From Cyanobacteriota bacterium (GTDB lineage: Bacteria; Cyanobacteriota; Cyanobacteriia; PCC-6307; Cyanobiaceae): DNA of 64,000 bases. The notes beneath the pieces are model-generated. The model did not search any database. It was not told the DNA's origin and worked only from the letters and a program-made list of their open reading frames with translations. The position numbers were made by a program, and so were the translations under genes. The DNA lies in contig JBJOMY010000001.1 of the NCBI GenBank assembly GCA_046052125.1, positions 726,431 to 790,430 on the forward strand. Direction: 5' to 3'. Of the stretch, positions 1-8,099 are shown in pieces (the stretch's first letter is position 1; every line of letters starts with the position of its first letter).

Positions 1-208
1 GCAACATGATCAACATCACGTTGCTGAACTGATCCCAGAGGATCTGCCAGTTGCTGCGGCCCGCCGAAAGTTCCAATCGGTTGGGGCCGCCGTCGGCCAG
101 GCGACGCGCGCTCTCAGCGGTCGACAGGCCCTCGGGACTGCAGCTCAGCTGCTTCAGGGCATCGGGAACCGCCAGCGCATGCCAAGGCGTTGTGCGTTGC
201 GGGTCCAA
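1..208 (-). CDS. Cation-transporting P-type ATPase, N-terminal part (runs off window; not in ORF track)
   Basis: Manual minus-strand translation gives ...TTPWHALAVPDALKQLSCSPEGLSTAESARRLADGGPNRLELSAGRSNWQILWDQFSNVMLIML. This fits the Cation_ATPase_N pattern (GLS..EA..RL...GPN..., W.IL..QF). The TTG start at 208 is tentative. Confidence 0.8.
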   Translation of the reverse strand, partial: MDPQRTTPWHALAVPDALKQLSCSPEGLSTAESARRLADGGPNRLELSAGRSNWQILWDQFSNVMLIML

Positions 209-450
209 GGCTCGGTGGGCAAACGGGCGAGACCCTAAGGCAATCGACACGCTGTTTTGGCCGAAAGCGTCTGCTGGAGAGAGCGGACGGGCGGACTTCG
301 GCAGCAGGCGTTAACGATCGGTGCTCCGCTTCTGATCGTGCAACCAGGCGTGGACGCCCAGGCTTGTGAGTGCTTGGCCGGTTGGCCACCGCAGTAACCC
401 AACCCGGCCGAACGGCGCAAGGGTGAAACCACGGGGAATGCTCCCGGCAG

Positions 451-1398
451 ATGCCGCCCGTCCCCATGCCCCCTCGTCACGCCCCCGTTGCCTCCACCGT
501 GAAGACCTGGCTGAACACCAGCAGTGCCCATCGCCCGCTGTGCGAACGCACGGTGATGGAGCTCTCGCGCCGGATTCAGCGTTGGCAACAACACCCCGAT
601 GGCCCAAGCCATGCCCCCAAGCCCGTGCGCCGCAGTGCCCTGCGGGCCCGTGAGCAGTTGGTGCGCCACAACCTGGGCCTGGTGGCCCACACCTGGGGCC
701 GCCACCGCTGCAGCCTGCCCGCCCATGACGACACCACCGCCGATGCGCTGCAGGAAGCGGCGCTGAATCTGGTGCGCGCAGCAGAAAAGTTTGATCCAGC
801 CAAGGGTTACCGGTTCTCCACTTACGCCACCTTCTGGGTGCGGCGGGGGTTCGCGGAGTTTGAACAACGCGCCAAACGCGCGATTCGCTTCCCGGCGGAG
901 AAGGCAGCGGTGGTGCTCAAAGCGCTGCGCCTGAGTCAGCAACACCAGAGCAGCACGGGCGATGAACCGGAACTGGAGTGGTTAGCGGCTCAGCTCAAGT
1001 TCGATGGCAAAGCCATGAACACCAAGCAGCTGGCGGAGTTCATCCGCCAGTGGGATGCCACCCGCACCGGATCCCTCGATGGCGCCGAGGAGGACGGCGA
1101 CGAGAGGGGCACTTCCACCCGACTGGATCAGGCGTCTCTGCAGCATGCGAGTGCTCAGGAGCAAGCATCAGAAGCCGACCCACAACACGCGGCCCTGCCG
1201 CAGTTGATGAACTGCCTGGATGAGCAGGAGTACCGCATGATCCGCAACCGATACCTGCGCCGCCCGCCCCTGAGCCCCTGTCAGTTGCGCCGCTCCATGG
1301 GCGGAATGGAGCCGCACCAGATGCAGCAGTTGGAAGCAACGGCCCTGGGCAAATTGCGCCAAGCGGCCACAGAGCACGACCTCAAGATTCAGGACTGA
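451..1398 (+). CDS. Sigma-70 family RNA polymerase sigma factor (RpoD/SigA-like, divergent)
   Basis: Region 2 motifs REQLVRHNLGLV, LQEAALNLVRAAEKFDPAKGYRFSTYATFWVR. Region 3 is AIRFP. The region 4-like C-terminus ends QLEATALGKLR. Confidence 0.88.
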   Translation: MPPVPMPPRHAPVASTVKTWLNTSSAHRPLCERTVMELSRRIQRWQQHPDGPSHAPKPVRRSALRAREQLVRHNLGLVAHTWGRHRCSLPAHDDTTADALQEAALNLVRAAEKFDPAKGYRFSTYATFWVRRGFAEFEQRAKRAIRFPAEKAAVVLKALRLSQQHQSSTGDEPELEWLAAQLKFDGKAMNTKQLAEFIRQWDATRTGSLDGAEEDGDERGTSTRLDQASLQHASAQEQASEADPQHAALPQLMNCLDEQEYRMIRNRYLRRPPLSPCQLRRSMGGMEPHQMQQLEATALGKLRQAATEHDLKIQD

Positions 1399-1518
1399 TC
1401 CATCCCCAGCCAGCGGTTGGCCGTACAACGCCCGGGGGCCAGTTGTCCTCAGGCGTTTGTGGTATGTGGCGCAGATCTGGGCTGCGTGGCTACAGCGAGG
1501 GGGTTGCCGATTGGCGGC

Positions 1519-2265
1519 ATGACTCCTGGTGAAATCTGCACCACCCTGCTCACCCACAAGCAACGGGTGGCAGAGGCGGCTCACGGGTGGACGGTGGTGA
1601 TTTGCAGCGCCGACAACGAACTCGTTGCCATGGCGGCCCTACTGGTGCCCCACTGCTCTCTGGCGGCGGGTTCCATTGCAGACCTGCTCGCCGGCTTGCC
1701 CGCGGGGAGCGAGCGATTGCTGGTGATCTGCGACGACGCGCTCCCCGATGGCGGTGCGACAGAGCTGATGGAGCAGCTGCGGGCGGCTCAGCCCCAAGCC
1801 ACCTGCCGCTTTCTGGCCTATCTCCCCAGGACCATGGCGCCCGAGAGGCTCGAGCAAATGCTCGCCCATGGCTGCGATGCAATCTGTTGCCGCAGCAGCG
1901 GCGGAACGGGCACGGTGCTCAGCACCTTGGTGCAGGCGCTCCACGGGCAGCAGAGCGTCGATGAAGTCTTTCGCCGGCGTCTGCGGCGCGGGTCTTGCGG
2001 CCATCGCCAGCCGCTGCTCAAGCCCGCTGAACAGGAGTTGGTGCTGCTCGTTGCTCGCGGGCACAAGGCACCGCAAATTGCGGCCCTGCGGCAGAGACGC
2101 TGCGACACCATCCGGCGTCAGCTGAGCGCCATCTACCGCAAGACCGGGGTGCGTGATCAACGCGGGCTGATCGCCTGGGCACTGGCCCATGGCGTGATCA
2201 GGCCACTGGATCTCGACTCAGGAATCCATCAAGCCAGGATCACTGAGATCAGGCAACGGCCTTAG
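1519..2265 (+). CDS. NarL/LuxR-family response regulator-like transcription factor
   Basis: Receiver-like LLVICDDALPDGG and C-terminal LuxR HTH (LKPAEQELVLLVARGHKAPQIA...TIRRQLSAIYRKTGV). ATG at 1519 chosen over TTG at 1417. Confidence 0.8.
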   Translation: MTPGEICTTLLTHKQRVAEAAHGWTVVICSADNELVAMAALLVPHCSLAAGSIADLLAGLPAGSERLLVICDDALPDGGATELMEQLRAAQPQATCRFLAYLPRTMAPERLEQMLAHGCDAICCRSSGGTGTVLSTLVQALHGQQSVDEVFRRRLRRGSCGHRQPLLKPAEQELVLLVARGHKAPQIAALRQRRCDTIRRQLSAIYRKTGVRDQRGLIAWALAHGVIRPLDLDSGIHQARITEIRQRP

Positions 2266-2274
2266 CGTGGAGTC

Positions 2275-2505
2275 ATGGATCTGCTTGATCGCATCACCGT
2301 CGACCCAGCCATCCGGTTTGGGAAGCCCTGCGTGCGGGGGACCCGACTCACGGTTGGTGATGTTCTGGGCACCCTGGCTGCCGGCTGCAGTGAGACCGAG
2401 CTGCTTGAGGACTTCCCACAGCTCAGCCATGAGGATGTGTTGGCTTGCATGGCCTTTGCCGCTGAACGTGAACGCACCTTGATGGTGTCCACGGGGGTGG
2501 GTTGA
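2275..2505 (+). CDS. DUF433-family antitoxin
   Basis: RITVDPAIRFGKPCVRGTRLTVGDVLGTLAAG..E.ELLEDFPQLSHEDVLACMAFAA is the typical DUF433 pattern. Confidence 0.92.
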   Translation: MDLLDRITVDPAIRFGKPCVRGTRLTVGDVLGTLAAGCSETELLEDFPQLSHEDVLACMAFAAERERTLMVSTGVG

Positions 2506-2852
2506 GCCTCAAGCTGCTTCTCGACGAGAACCTTTCTGAGCGTTTGCTTCCGCTGCTCAGCGAAGCGTTTCCAGATTCGAGCCACATCCGCTTACTCGGT
2601 CTCGGCGGTGTCGATGACCGCTCCGTCTGGGAGGAGGCCCGTGCTGGTGGCTATCTGCTGCTGACCAAGGACGACGATTTCCTTGGAATGAGCCTGAGCC
2701 TCGGCTGGCCACCAAAGGTGGTCTGTCTGGCCATTGGCAATGCCTCGAATGCAGCCACAGCCCGGCTGATCCTTTCAAGGCTGGAGGAGATTCGCTACTT
2801 CAACGACCATCCAGAAGCCGGCTTCCTCCTCCTCAAGCCAGCCTCTGGATGA
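2502..2852 (+). CDS. DUF5615-type PIN-like toxin
   Basis: KLLLDENLS, DD..VW..A, LLTKDDDF and PPKVV motifs. Overlaps the antitoxin stop by 4 nt. Confidence 0.9.
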   Translation: MSLKLLLDENLSERLLPLLSEAFPDSSHIRLLGLGGVDDRSVWEEARAGGYLLLTKDDDFLGMSLSLGWPPKVVCLAIGNASNAATARLILSRLEEIRYFNDHPEAGFLLLKPASG

Positions 2853-2885
2853 TCCAGTGTTGAACGCTGATCAGCGTCAATGGTT

Positions 2886-3341
2886 TCAGGCCGCCGCTCC
2901 TGAACGGTGCACTGCTGCTGAAACGGAAACCAACGCGTTCCGCCGCGGCAGATGGCAACAGGCACCGGAGCCAACCAACACATCACTGAGCCGCTTGGCC
3001 GCCAGGAGTGCATCGAGCTCGATGAGTTGCACCGCCTCGCGCTGACGCGGAAGCCAACCGGCGAGCAAGCCGCGATCACCCAGGGGCAGGGGTTTGGGTA
3101 GCTCGAGTCGTTGGCCGAGGAACGGCAACCAGCGCTCAACGCCATCGGCCTCACGCCACGGTTCAAAGCTGGCCACCTCCACCAGCTGCTTGAGCGTGGA
3201 CTCGCCGTAGCTGAGGGACGTCAAATACATCACGTCCTTGAGCTGTTCAGCCTCAAGGGCAAGGGGCATCCAGAAGCCGCGATCGGCGGCGTTCTCGATC
3301 GCATCACGGTGGTGATGGGTGAGCAGAACCTTGGTGGTCAT
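2886..3341 (-). CDS. Hypothetical protein (151 aa)
   Basis: ATG-started ORF with globular composition and host-like codon usage; no family recognised. Confidence 0.6.
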   Translation of the reverse strand: MTTKVLLTHHHRDAIENAADRGFWMPLALEAEQLKDVMYLTSLSYGESTLKQLVEVASFEPWREADGVERWLPFLGQRLELPKPLPLGDRGLLAGWLPRQREAVQLIELDALLAAKRLSDVLVGSGACCHLPRRNALVSVSAAVHRSGAAA

Positions 3342-3395
3342 GGCAGCGAGGAATCACTGCACCGGTTCTGGCTTTGCGGTCCTCAGTGACACCGC

Positions 3396-3455
3396 CCACA
3401 GGTGTGGCATCACCAGCGCCACAGACGTGGGATCCACAGGCCACAGGTGTGGCAT
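3396..3455. repeat. Three phased CCACA-N2-TGTGG palindromes (operator/iteron-like)
   Basis: CCACAGGTGTGG at 3396-3407, CCACAGACGTGG at 3419-3430 and CCACAGGTGTGG at 3441-3452 (spacing 23 and 22 bp). Confidence 0.75.
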
Positions 3456-3607
3456 GGCTGTCTCTGGTGGAACAACACCAGCCAGTCGGGATCGGTGATT
3501 CCACGCACAGCGGGGGGCCAGCGAGCAGCCATTCCGTCAGCCTTTCTTCCAGCCAGATCGCCCCAACCGCAGCCCCAGCACCACCGCAACGGGGGCCCTG
3601 CCCCCCT

Positions 3608-3638
3608 CGGAACCCTATGGGGCGTTGCTTGTTGTTCA
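3608..3638 (+). promoter_or_regulatory. Element motif A copy 1 (CGGAACCCTATGGGG...TTGTTCA)
   Basis: Near-identical copies at 4287 and 9295. Function is inferred only. Confidence 0.55.
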
Positions 3639-3798
3639 TGCCTGTTGAGTTCCGAGGTGCCGCCATTGGCGGGGTGATGGCACTGGTGGTGCAGGCGTGT
3701 GGGCCGACACCGCTCGGGGCGGTGGTGCGTGGGGCGTTGGTGCAGCCCATGCATGCCCGCCAATCCATTGCAGCGCAAGGAGTTCAAGGCAAGGCCAA

Positions 3799-3816
3799 TA
3801 GCCTCCCGCACCTGCA
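3799..3816 (+). repeat. Element motif B copy 1 (TAGCCTCCCGCACCTGCA)
   Basis: Identical 18-mer at 4330-4347. Lies 8 nt upstream of the ATG at 3825. Confidence 0.75.
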
Positions 3817-3824
3817 AACCACGC

Positions 3825-4265
3825 ATGCCCAAACGCTGTCTGCGCCGGCCGATGACCAGTGAGCAGCGGGCGTTTGCCTGCAAGCACCTGGGCCTGGCGC
3901 ATCAACAGGCGCACCGCTTTGCGCGCCGTTGGTCGATGGCCGTCGACGACCTGATTGGCCCCGCCTACGAGGGTCTTTGTAAGGGTGCGATTGGCTTTGA
4001 TCCCACGCTGGGGCATCGCCCCTCCAGCTATCTCGTCCCGAAGGTGAAAGGCGAGTTGCTGCACTACCTGCGCGACACGGGCTTCTCGCTGCGCATCAGC
4101 CACCGGCTGCGGGAGCTGTGGATCAAAGCGCGCCGATACGTCGCCCAGGGCCTCAGCGATCAGCAGATCGCCGATCAACTCCAAGTGCCCCTGGAGCGCT
4201 GGCTGGATTGTCGCCGCGCCTGCGGACAACGGCCGATTCCGCTGCATGAACTCCAGCGCGATTAA
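3825..4265 (+). CDS. Short SigF/SigB-like sigma-70 family protein (regions 2-3, no region 4)
   Basis: HLGLAHQQAHRF...DDLIGPAYEGLCKGAIGFDPTLGHRPSSYLVPKVKGELLHYLRD is group-3 region 2. LRISHRLRE...DQQIADQLQV is region 3. The protein ends after 146 aa. The start could be 3852. Confidence 0.8.
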   Translation: MPKRCLRRPMTSEQRAFACKHLGLAHQQAHRFARRWSMAVDDLIGPAYEGLCKGAIGFDPTLGHRPSSYLVPKVKGELLHYLRDTGFSLRISHRLRELWIKARRYVAQGLSDQQIADQLQVPLERWLDCRRACGQRPIPLHELQRD

Positions 4266-4286
4266 GCGCTGAGCTGCACACCACTC

Positions 4287-4347
4287 CGGAACCCTTTGGG
4301 GTCTCAGCAGCTTGTTCAACCACCCCCAGTAGCCTCCCGCACCTGCA
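4287..4347 (+). promoter_or_regulatory. Motif A copy 2 plus motif B copy 2 upstream of the phosphoesterase gene
   Basis: CGGAACCCTTTGGGG at 4287-4301, TTGTTCA at 4312-4318 and TAGCCTCCCGCACCTGCA at 4330-4347; ATG at 4355. Confidence 0.6.
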
Positions 4348-4354
4348 TCTCTCT

Positions 4355-5527
4355 ATGGGTTCAGCCAAACACCGCCACCAACCAGCCCGTCATCTCCCTG
4401 GACGGGGAGCACAACCGGCCAGCAACACTGATCAAGACCGCGAACTGCTGCAGTTCAACGTGCGCCTGGCCAAGGCACGTCAGGCCCAGGCCGACACCAA
4501 CCGGATTGAGCGCAAGGCCTTCCGCGAACACGCCCGCATCGAGAACGCCGTCACCGCCTACACCCGCGAGCTGTGCTCGCTTCTGGATGAACGGGGCTTT
4601 ACGCAAGGCGTGACGCTCTCCCGCATCCCGGACGGCGGGGATGCAGTGCTGATCGTGCAACTGAGCGATCTGCACTTCAACGAGCGGGTTGAACTGCCCT
4701 CCAACCGCTACGACTTCACCGTGGCCGCGCAGCGTCTGGCCAAGCTCGCCCAACGCGTCAAGCAACTGGGCCAGAGCTATGGCGCCCGCAAGGTGGTGGT
4801 GGCCTGCCTGGGGGATTTCCTCAACAGCGACCGGCGCCTCGATGAGCTGCTCTCCAACAGCACCAACCGTTCCAGAGCAACCCTGCTTGCCGTCGACATC
4901 CTGCGGGCGTTTCTGCTCGATCTACGCGAGCAGTTCGAGCTCGAGGTCTATGGCATCACCGGCAATGAAAGCCGCGTGAACAAAGAGCTGGGCTGGAGCG
5001 ATGAGCTCGCCACCGACAGCTACGACCTGATGATCTACGAGATCCTCAAGCGCGGCTTTGCCGGCACAGAAGGGATCAACTTCTGCGGCTTCCGGGCCAA
5101 TGAGCTCTTGTTTGAGGTGATGGGCCGCACCTTCCTCTGCCTGCACGGCCACCAGATCGGCGCGAACGTGCAGAAATCGGTGCAAGAGATCACCGGTAAG
5201 TACGCCGCCCAAGGCATCACGGTGGACTACACCCTGTTCGGCCACCTACACGCCAGCGCCATCGGCGACTACCACGCCCGCAATGCCTCGCTGGTGGGCA
5301 GCAACGCCTACTCAGAAGCAGGGCTGAACTTCTGCAGCAAGGCGGCGCAGAACATCCACATCGTGTCTGGCTCCAAGGGCACGGGCGCTATCGATGGCGT
5401 GAAGGTTGACCTCCAGGACATCAGCGGGATCGAGCCCTACCCCTTTGCCGCCGAATGGGAGGCCTACTGCCCCAAGAGCGAGCGCAAGCTCCACACCCCC
5501 TCTGTCGTTTACCAGGTTGTTGTCTGA
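4355..5527 (+). CDS. Calcineurin-like metallophosphoesterase (Mre11/SbcD/DP1-like, phage-type) with N-terminal coiled coil
   Basis: All five motifs are present: SDLH, LGD, GNE, LHGH and FGHLH. The N-terminal segment is helical (RLAKARQAQADTNRIERKAFREHARIENAV). Confidence 0.82.
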   Translation: MGSAKHRHQPARHLPGRGAQPASNTDQDRELLQFNVRLAKARQAQADTNRIERKAFREHARIENAVTAYTRELCSLLDERGFTQGVTLSRIPDGGDAVLIVQLSDLHFNERVELPSNRYDFTVAAQRLAKLAQRVKQLGQSYGARKVVVACLGDFLNSDRRLDELLSNSTNRSRATLLAVDILRAFLLDLREQFELEVYGITGNESRVNKELGWSDELATDSYDLMIYEILKRGFAGTEGINFCGFRANELLFEVMGRTFLCLHGHQIGANVQKSVQEITGKYAAQGITVDYTLFGHLHASAIGDYHARNASLVGSNAYSEAGLNFCSKAAQNIHIVSGSKGTGAIDGVKVDLQDISGIEPYPFAAEWEAYCPKSERKLHTPSVVYQVVV

Positions 5528-5907
5528 TGACTGTTTCCACTCCTTCCCGCACCTGCGCCTGCGCTAGGGGCGCCAGCGGCAACACGGCGCTTGAGCTGCA
5601 GAGCGCGCTGCTCCAGGCGATCACTGGGCTCACGCAACTGGTGAGTCAGCTCAGCCAACAGTTCCCGATCACCCAGCCGACTGCTCCTGCAGCAGAGCCC
5701 TGGATGGAGGAGCGCCCCAGCCAGGCAACCAAGCCGACATGCGTGCCCAACCTCTCAACCCTCTGGGATGAGCTGTCGGTGGTGGAACTGCGCTCGCTCT
5801 TGCGCAGCTATCCGATTGATCGCTCCTCCCTGCCAGCCCCGATCGAACTGCTGCGCCGCAGCGAGCTCATCGAAGCCCTCAACCAAATCCAAGCCCTCGG
5901 TGCTTAA
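5527..5907 (+). CDS. Hypothetical protein with C-terminal Rho_N/HeH-like helix pair
   Basis: TGATG coupling to the upstream gene. C-terminus DELSVVELRSLLRSY...LLRRSELIEAL resembles helix-extension-helix nucleic-acid-binding motifs. Confidence 0.55.
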   Translation: MTVSTPSRTCACARGASGNTALELQSALLQAITGLTQLVSQLSQQFPITQPTAPAAEPWMEERPSQATKPTCVPNLSTLWDELSVVELRSLLRSYPIDRSSLPAPIELLRRSELIEALNQIQALGA

Positions 5908-5960
5908 GGGGCGAAAGGCCCCTCGCGAATCAGACCCGTTCACCCATTCCACACACGCCT

Positions 5961-6437
5961 ATGACCACAACCCTCACCACCGCCAATCCCGCCGCTCTCG
6001 GCGAACCCATCCCCGGATCACCGGAAGCGCTGTTGCTCTTGGCCAACGCGGGAATACTGCCCGCCAGTGCCGGCGCCGACGATCCCCGCTTCTCAGCCGA
6101 CGCCATCACCACCTGCGTCACCCGACTGCTCGAGGTGAAACAGCAGAAGGAACTCCTGGCCAATGAACAGAAGGAACTGAACGAACAGCTGCGCCTGGCG
6201 CACTTACGCGGTGACCTGCTCACCCTGTTGCCAGCCGGCAAGGACGGCAACGGCTATCAGATCACCCCGGATCTCGTGCTCAACCGCCGCCCCGGCCGCA
6301 AGCAGTGGAGCTACTCGATCGACTGCAAAGAGATCGAATGCCAGCTCAAGGCACGCCAGAGCTATGAGCAGCAGAGCGGCCTCGCCAGCTACAGCCTCGG
6401 TGCAGCGTTCTGGGAGGTGCGGGCGAGCAAGGGCTGA
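5961..6437 (+). CDS. Hypothetical phage-like protein (coiled coil plus basic C-terminus)
   Basis: Clean ATG ORF with high GC3, followed by a terminator; no family securely recognised. Confidence 0.7.
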   Translation: MTTTLTTANPAALGEPIPGSPEALLLLANAGILPASAGADDPRFSADAITTCVTRLLEVKQQKELLANEQKELNEQLRLAHLRGDLLTLLPAGKDGNGYQITPDLVLNRRPGRKQWSYSIDCKEIECQLKARQSYEQQSGLASYSLGAAFWEVRASKG

Positions 6438-6463
6438 GTCCGCACATCACGGCGCAAGTGATC

Positions 6464-6495
6464 AAAAGCCCTGGGTTACGGCCCGGGGCTTTTTG
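6464..6495 (+). terminator. Rho-independent (probably bidirectional) terminator
   Basis: AAAAGCCCTGGGT-TACG-GCCCGGGGCTTTTT. Confidence 0.8.
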
Positions 6496-7010
6496 GCATC
6501 CAGTGTTCAGCTCCAATCAAAAACCCCCGAGCAGCGCCCGAGGGTCATTGGCTAATCACGTCGAATGAAGCGTTTGGTCTGGATCGAAGCTGCTGGCGTT
6601 GGCGCCTGGGGCCGAACGTTCCAGATGTGGGTTGGTTGGTTCTCCTGGGGCACCTATGGCGGTGCAAACGGAGTGTCGACGGTTCAGACGCACCATTCAG
6701 TGTCCGAACTGACGACCCGCCCACGGTTGGGTGAAGACTGTTGGAGCAGGGGCCTGCAGTCAGCTTGCTTCTGGCGGGTAGCGGGGTGGCGTGTCGTCCA
6801 TCTGGGCGCCTCCTTGGTTGATGGACACACCATCGCGCCGCCGCTGACGCCAGGCAATCGGGATTTACACGCATTGCCTTTGCAGCCAAGCGGGAGCAGG
6901 GTGGGTTGTTTGGTGCGTTCAGCGCAGGCAGCCGGATTTCGGGCTACACCCGTTGCCCCTCGCTCGCCACCCTGGAGGTTCATCTCTAGGTGCAGAAACC
7001 ACCCGGTTCC

Positions 7011-8099
7011 TCAGCTGGAGATGCGGAAGCCCTGCTTGAGCCATAGCGACACATACACCAAGGACACCAACACCGGCACCTCGATCAACGGGCCAATCAC
7101 ACCGGCCAGGGCCTGTTGGGAACTGATTCCCCAGATGCTGATACAGACAGCAATCGCCAGCTCAAAGTTATTGCCAGCTGCGGTGAAAGCCAAAGCGGAT
7201 GTGCGCGTGTAATCCAAGCCGCTTCTCTTGCCTAGGGCAAATGCGGTGCTCCACATGATCACGAAGTAGAGAAGCAGAGGCAAGGCCACCCGCAAAACCT
7301 GGCCTGGATTCGCAGTGATCGCCTTGCCCTGGAGAGCAAACATCACCACGATAGTGAAGAGCAAGCCGTATAAAGCGAAGGGAGCAATCCTGGGAATGAA
7401 TCGCTCTTCGTACCAGCGGATGCCTTTGGAACGTACGCCAATCTGACGGGTCAGGAACCCAGCCACCAGAGGAATCCCAAGAAAGACCAGTACGGCTTTT
7501 GCAATCTCCCAGAAGGAGAAGCTCAGAACTTGGCTTTCAAGCCCAAGCCAGCCAGGAAGCACCTGCAGATAGAAGGTGCCCAACAAGGCATAAATAAGGA
7601 CCTGCAGAATGGAATTAATCGCAACCAGCACTGCAGCCACTTCACGGTTTCCCTTGGCCAGATCAATCCAGATCAGCACCATCGCAATGCAAGGCGCAAT
7701 ACCAATCAGGATCAATCCAGTCCGAAAGGCAGGTTGATCTGGAAGGAACAACCAAGCCAAAGCGAACATCAACAGTGGCCCCAACCCCCAAACCAACCCA
7801 AGGGCCAGCTTCAGCAGGCGGGGATCACGGGCAGCGTGGCCCAGTTCGCCGTAGCGCACTTTGGCCAGCACTGGATACATCATCAACAACAAACCGATGG
7901 CGATCGGCAAAGAGGTGTGATCCACCTGCACCGCAGTGAGCGCAGCCTGTATGCCAGGCACCAGCCGTCCGAGCAGGAGACCACTGGCCATCGCCAACAG
8001 GATCCAGAGCGGTAGGAGCCGATCGAGCACAGGCAGCGAGGCCAACACAGTGGCCTCTTTGGACGACGGCTGCGCTGAGTGGAGAGCGTCGTCTCTCAT
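7011..8099 (-). CDS. acr3: Acr3-family arsenite efflux transporter
   Basis: LDRLLPLWILLAM, GLLLMMYPVLAKV, GIAPCIAMVLIW, AAGNNFELAIAV and GPLIEVPVL motifs. The ATG at 8099 overlaps the upstream stop (ATGA). Confidence 0.93.
   Translation of the reverse strand: MRDDALHSAQPSSKEATVLASLPVLDRLLPLWILLAMASGLLLGRLVPGIQAALTAVQVDHTSLPIAIGLLLMMYPVLAKVRYGELGHAARDPRLLKLALGLVWGLGPLLMFALAWLFLPDQPAFRTGLILIGIAPCIAMVLIWIDLAKGNREVAAVLVAINSILQVLIYALLGTFYLQVLPGWLGLESQVLSFSFWEIAKAVLVFLGIPLVAGFLTRQIGVRSKGIRWYEERFIPRIAPFALYGLLFTIVVMFALQGKAITANPGQVLRVALPLLLYFVIMWSTAFALGKRSGLDYTRTSALAFTAAGNNFELAIAVCISIWGISSQQALAGVIGPLIEVPVLVSLVYVSLWLKQGFRISS

Noticed and set aside
3396..3455. Possible mini-CRISPR
   Set aside because: Repeats of 12 bp and spacers of ~10 bp are far too short, and there are no cas genes.
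3638..3862. 74-aa ORF after motif A copy 1
   Set aside because: It overlaps the sigma gene start and has no recognisable features; possible but unsupported as a CDS.
6565..7212. 215-aa plus-strand ORF
   Set aside because: No recognisable motif or codon bias, and it overlaps acr3 antisense.
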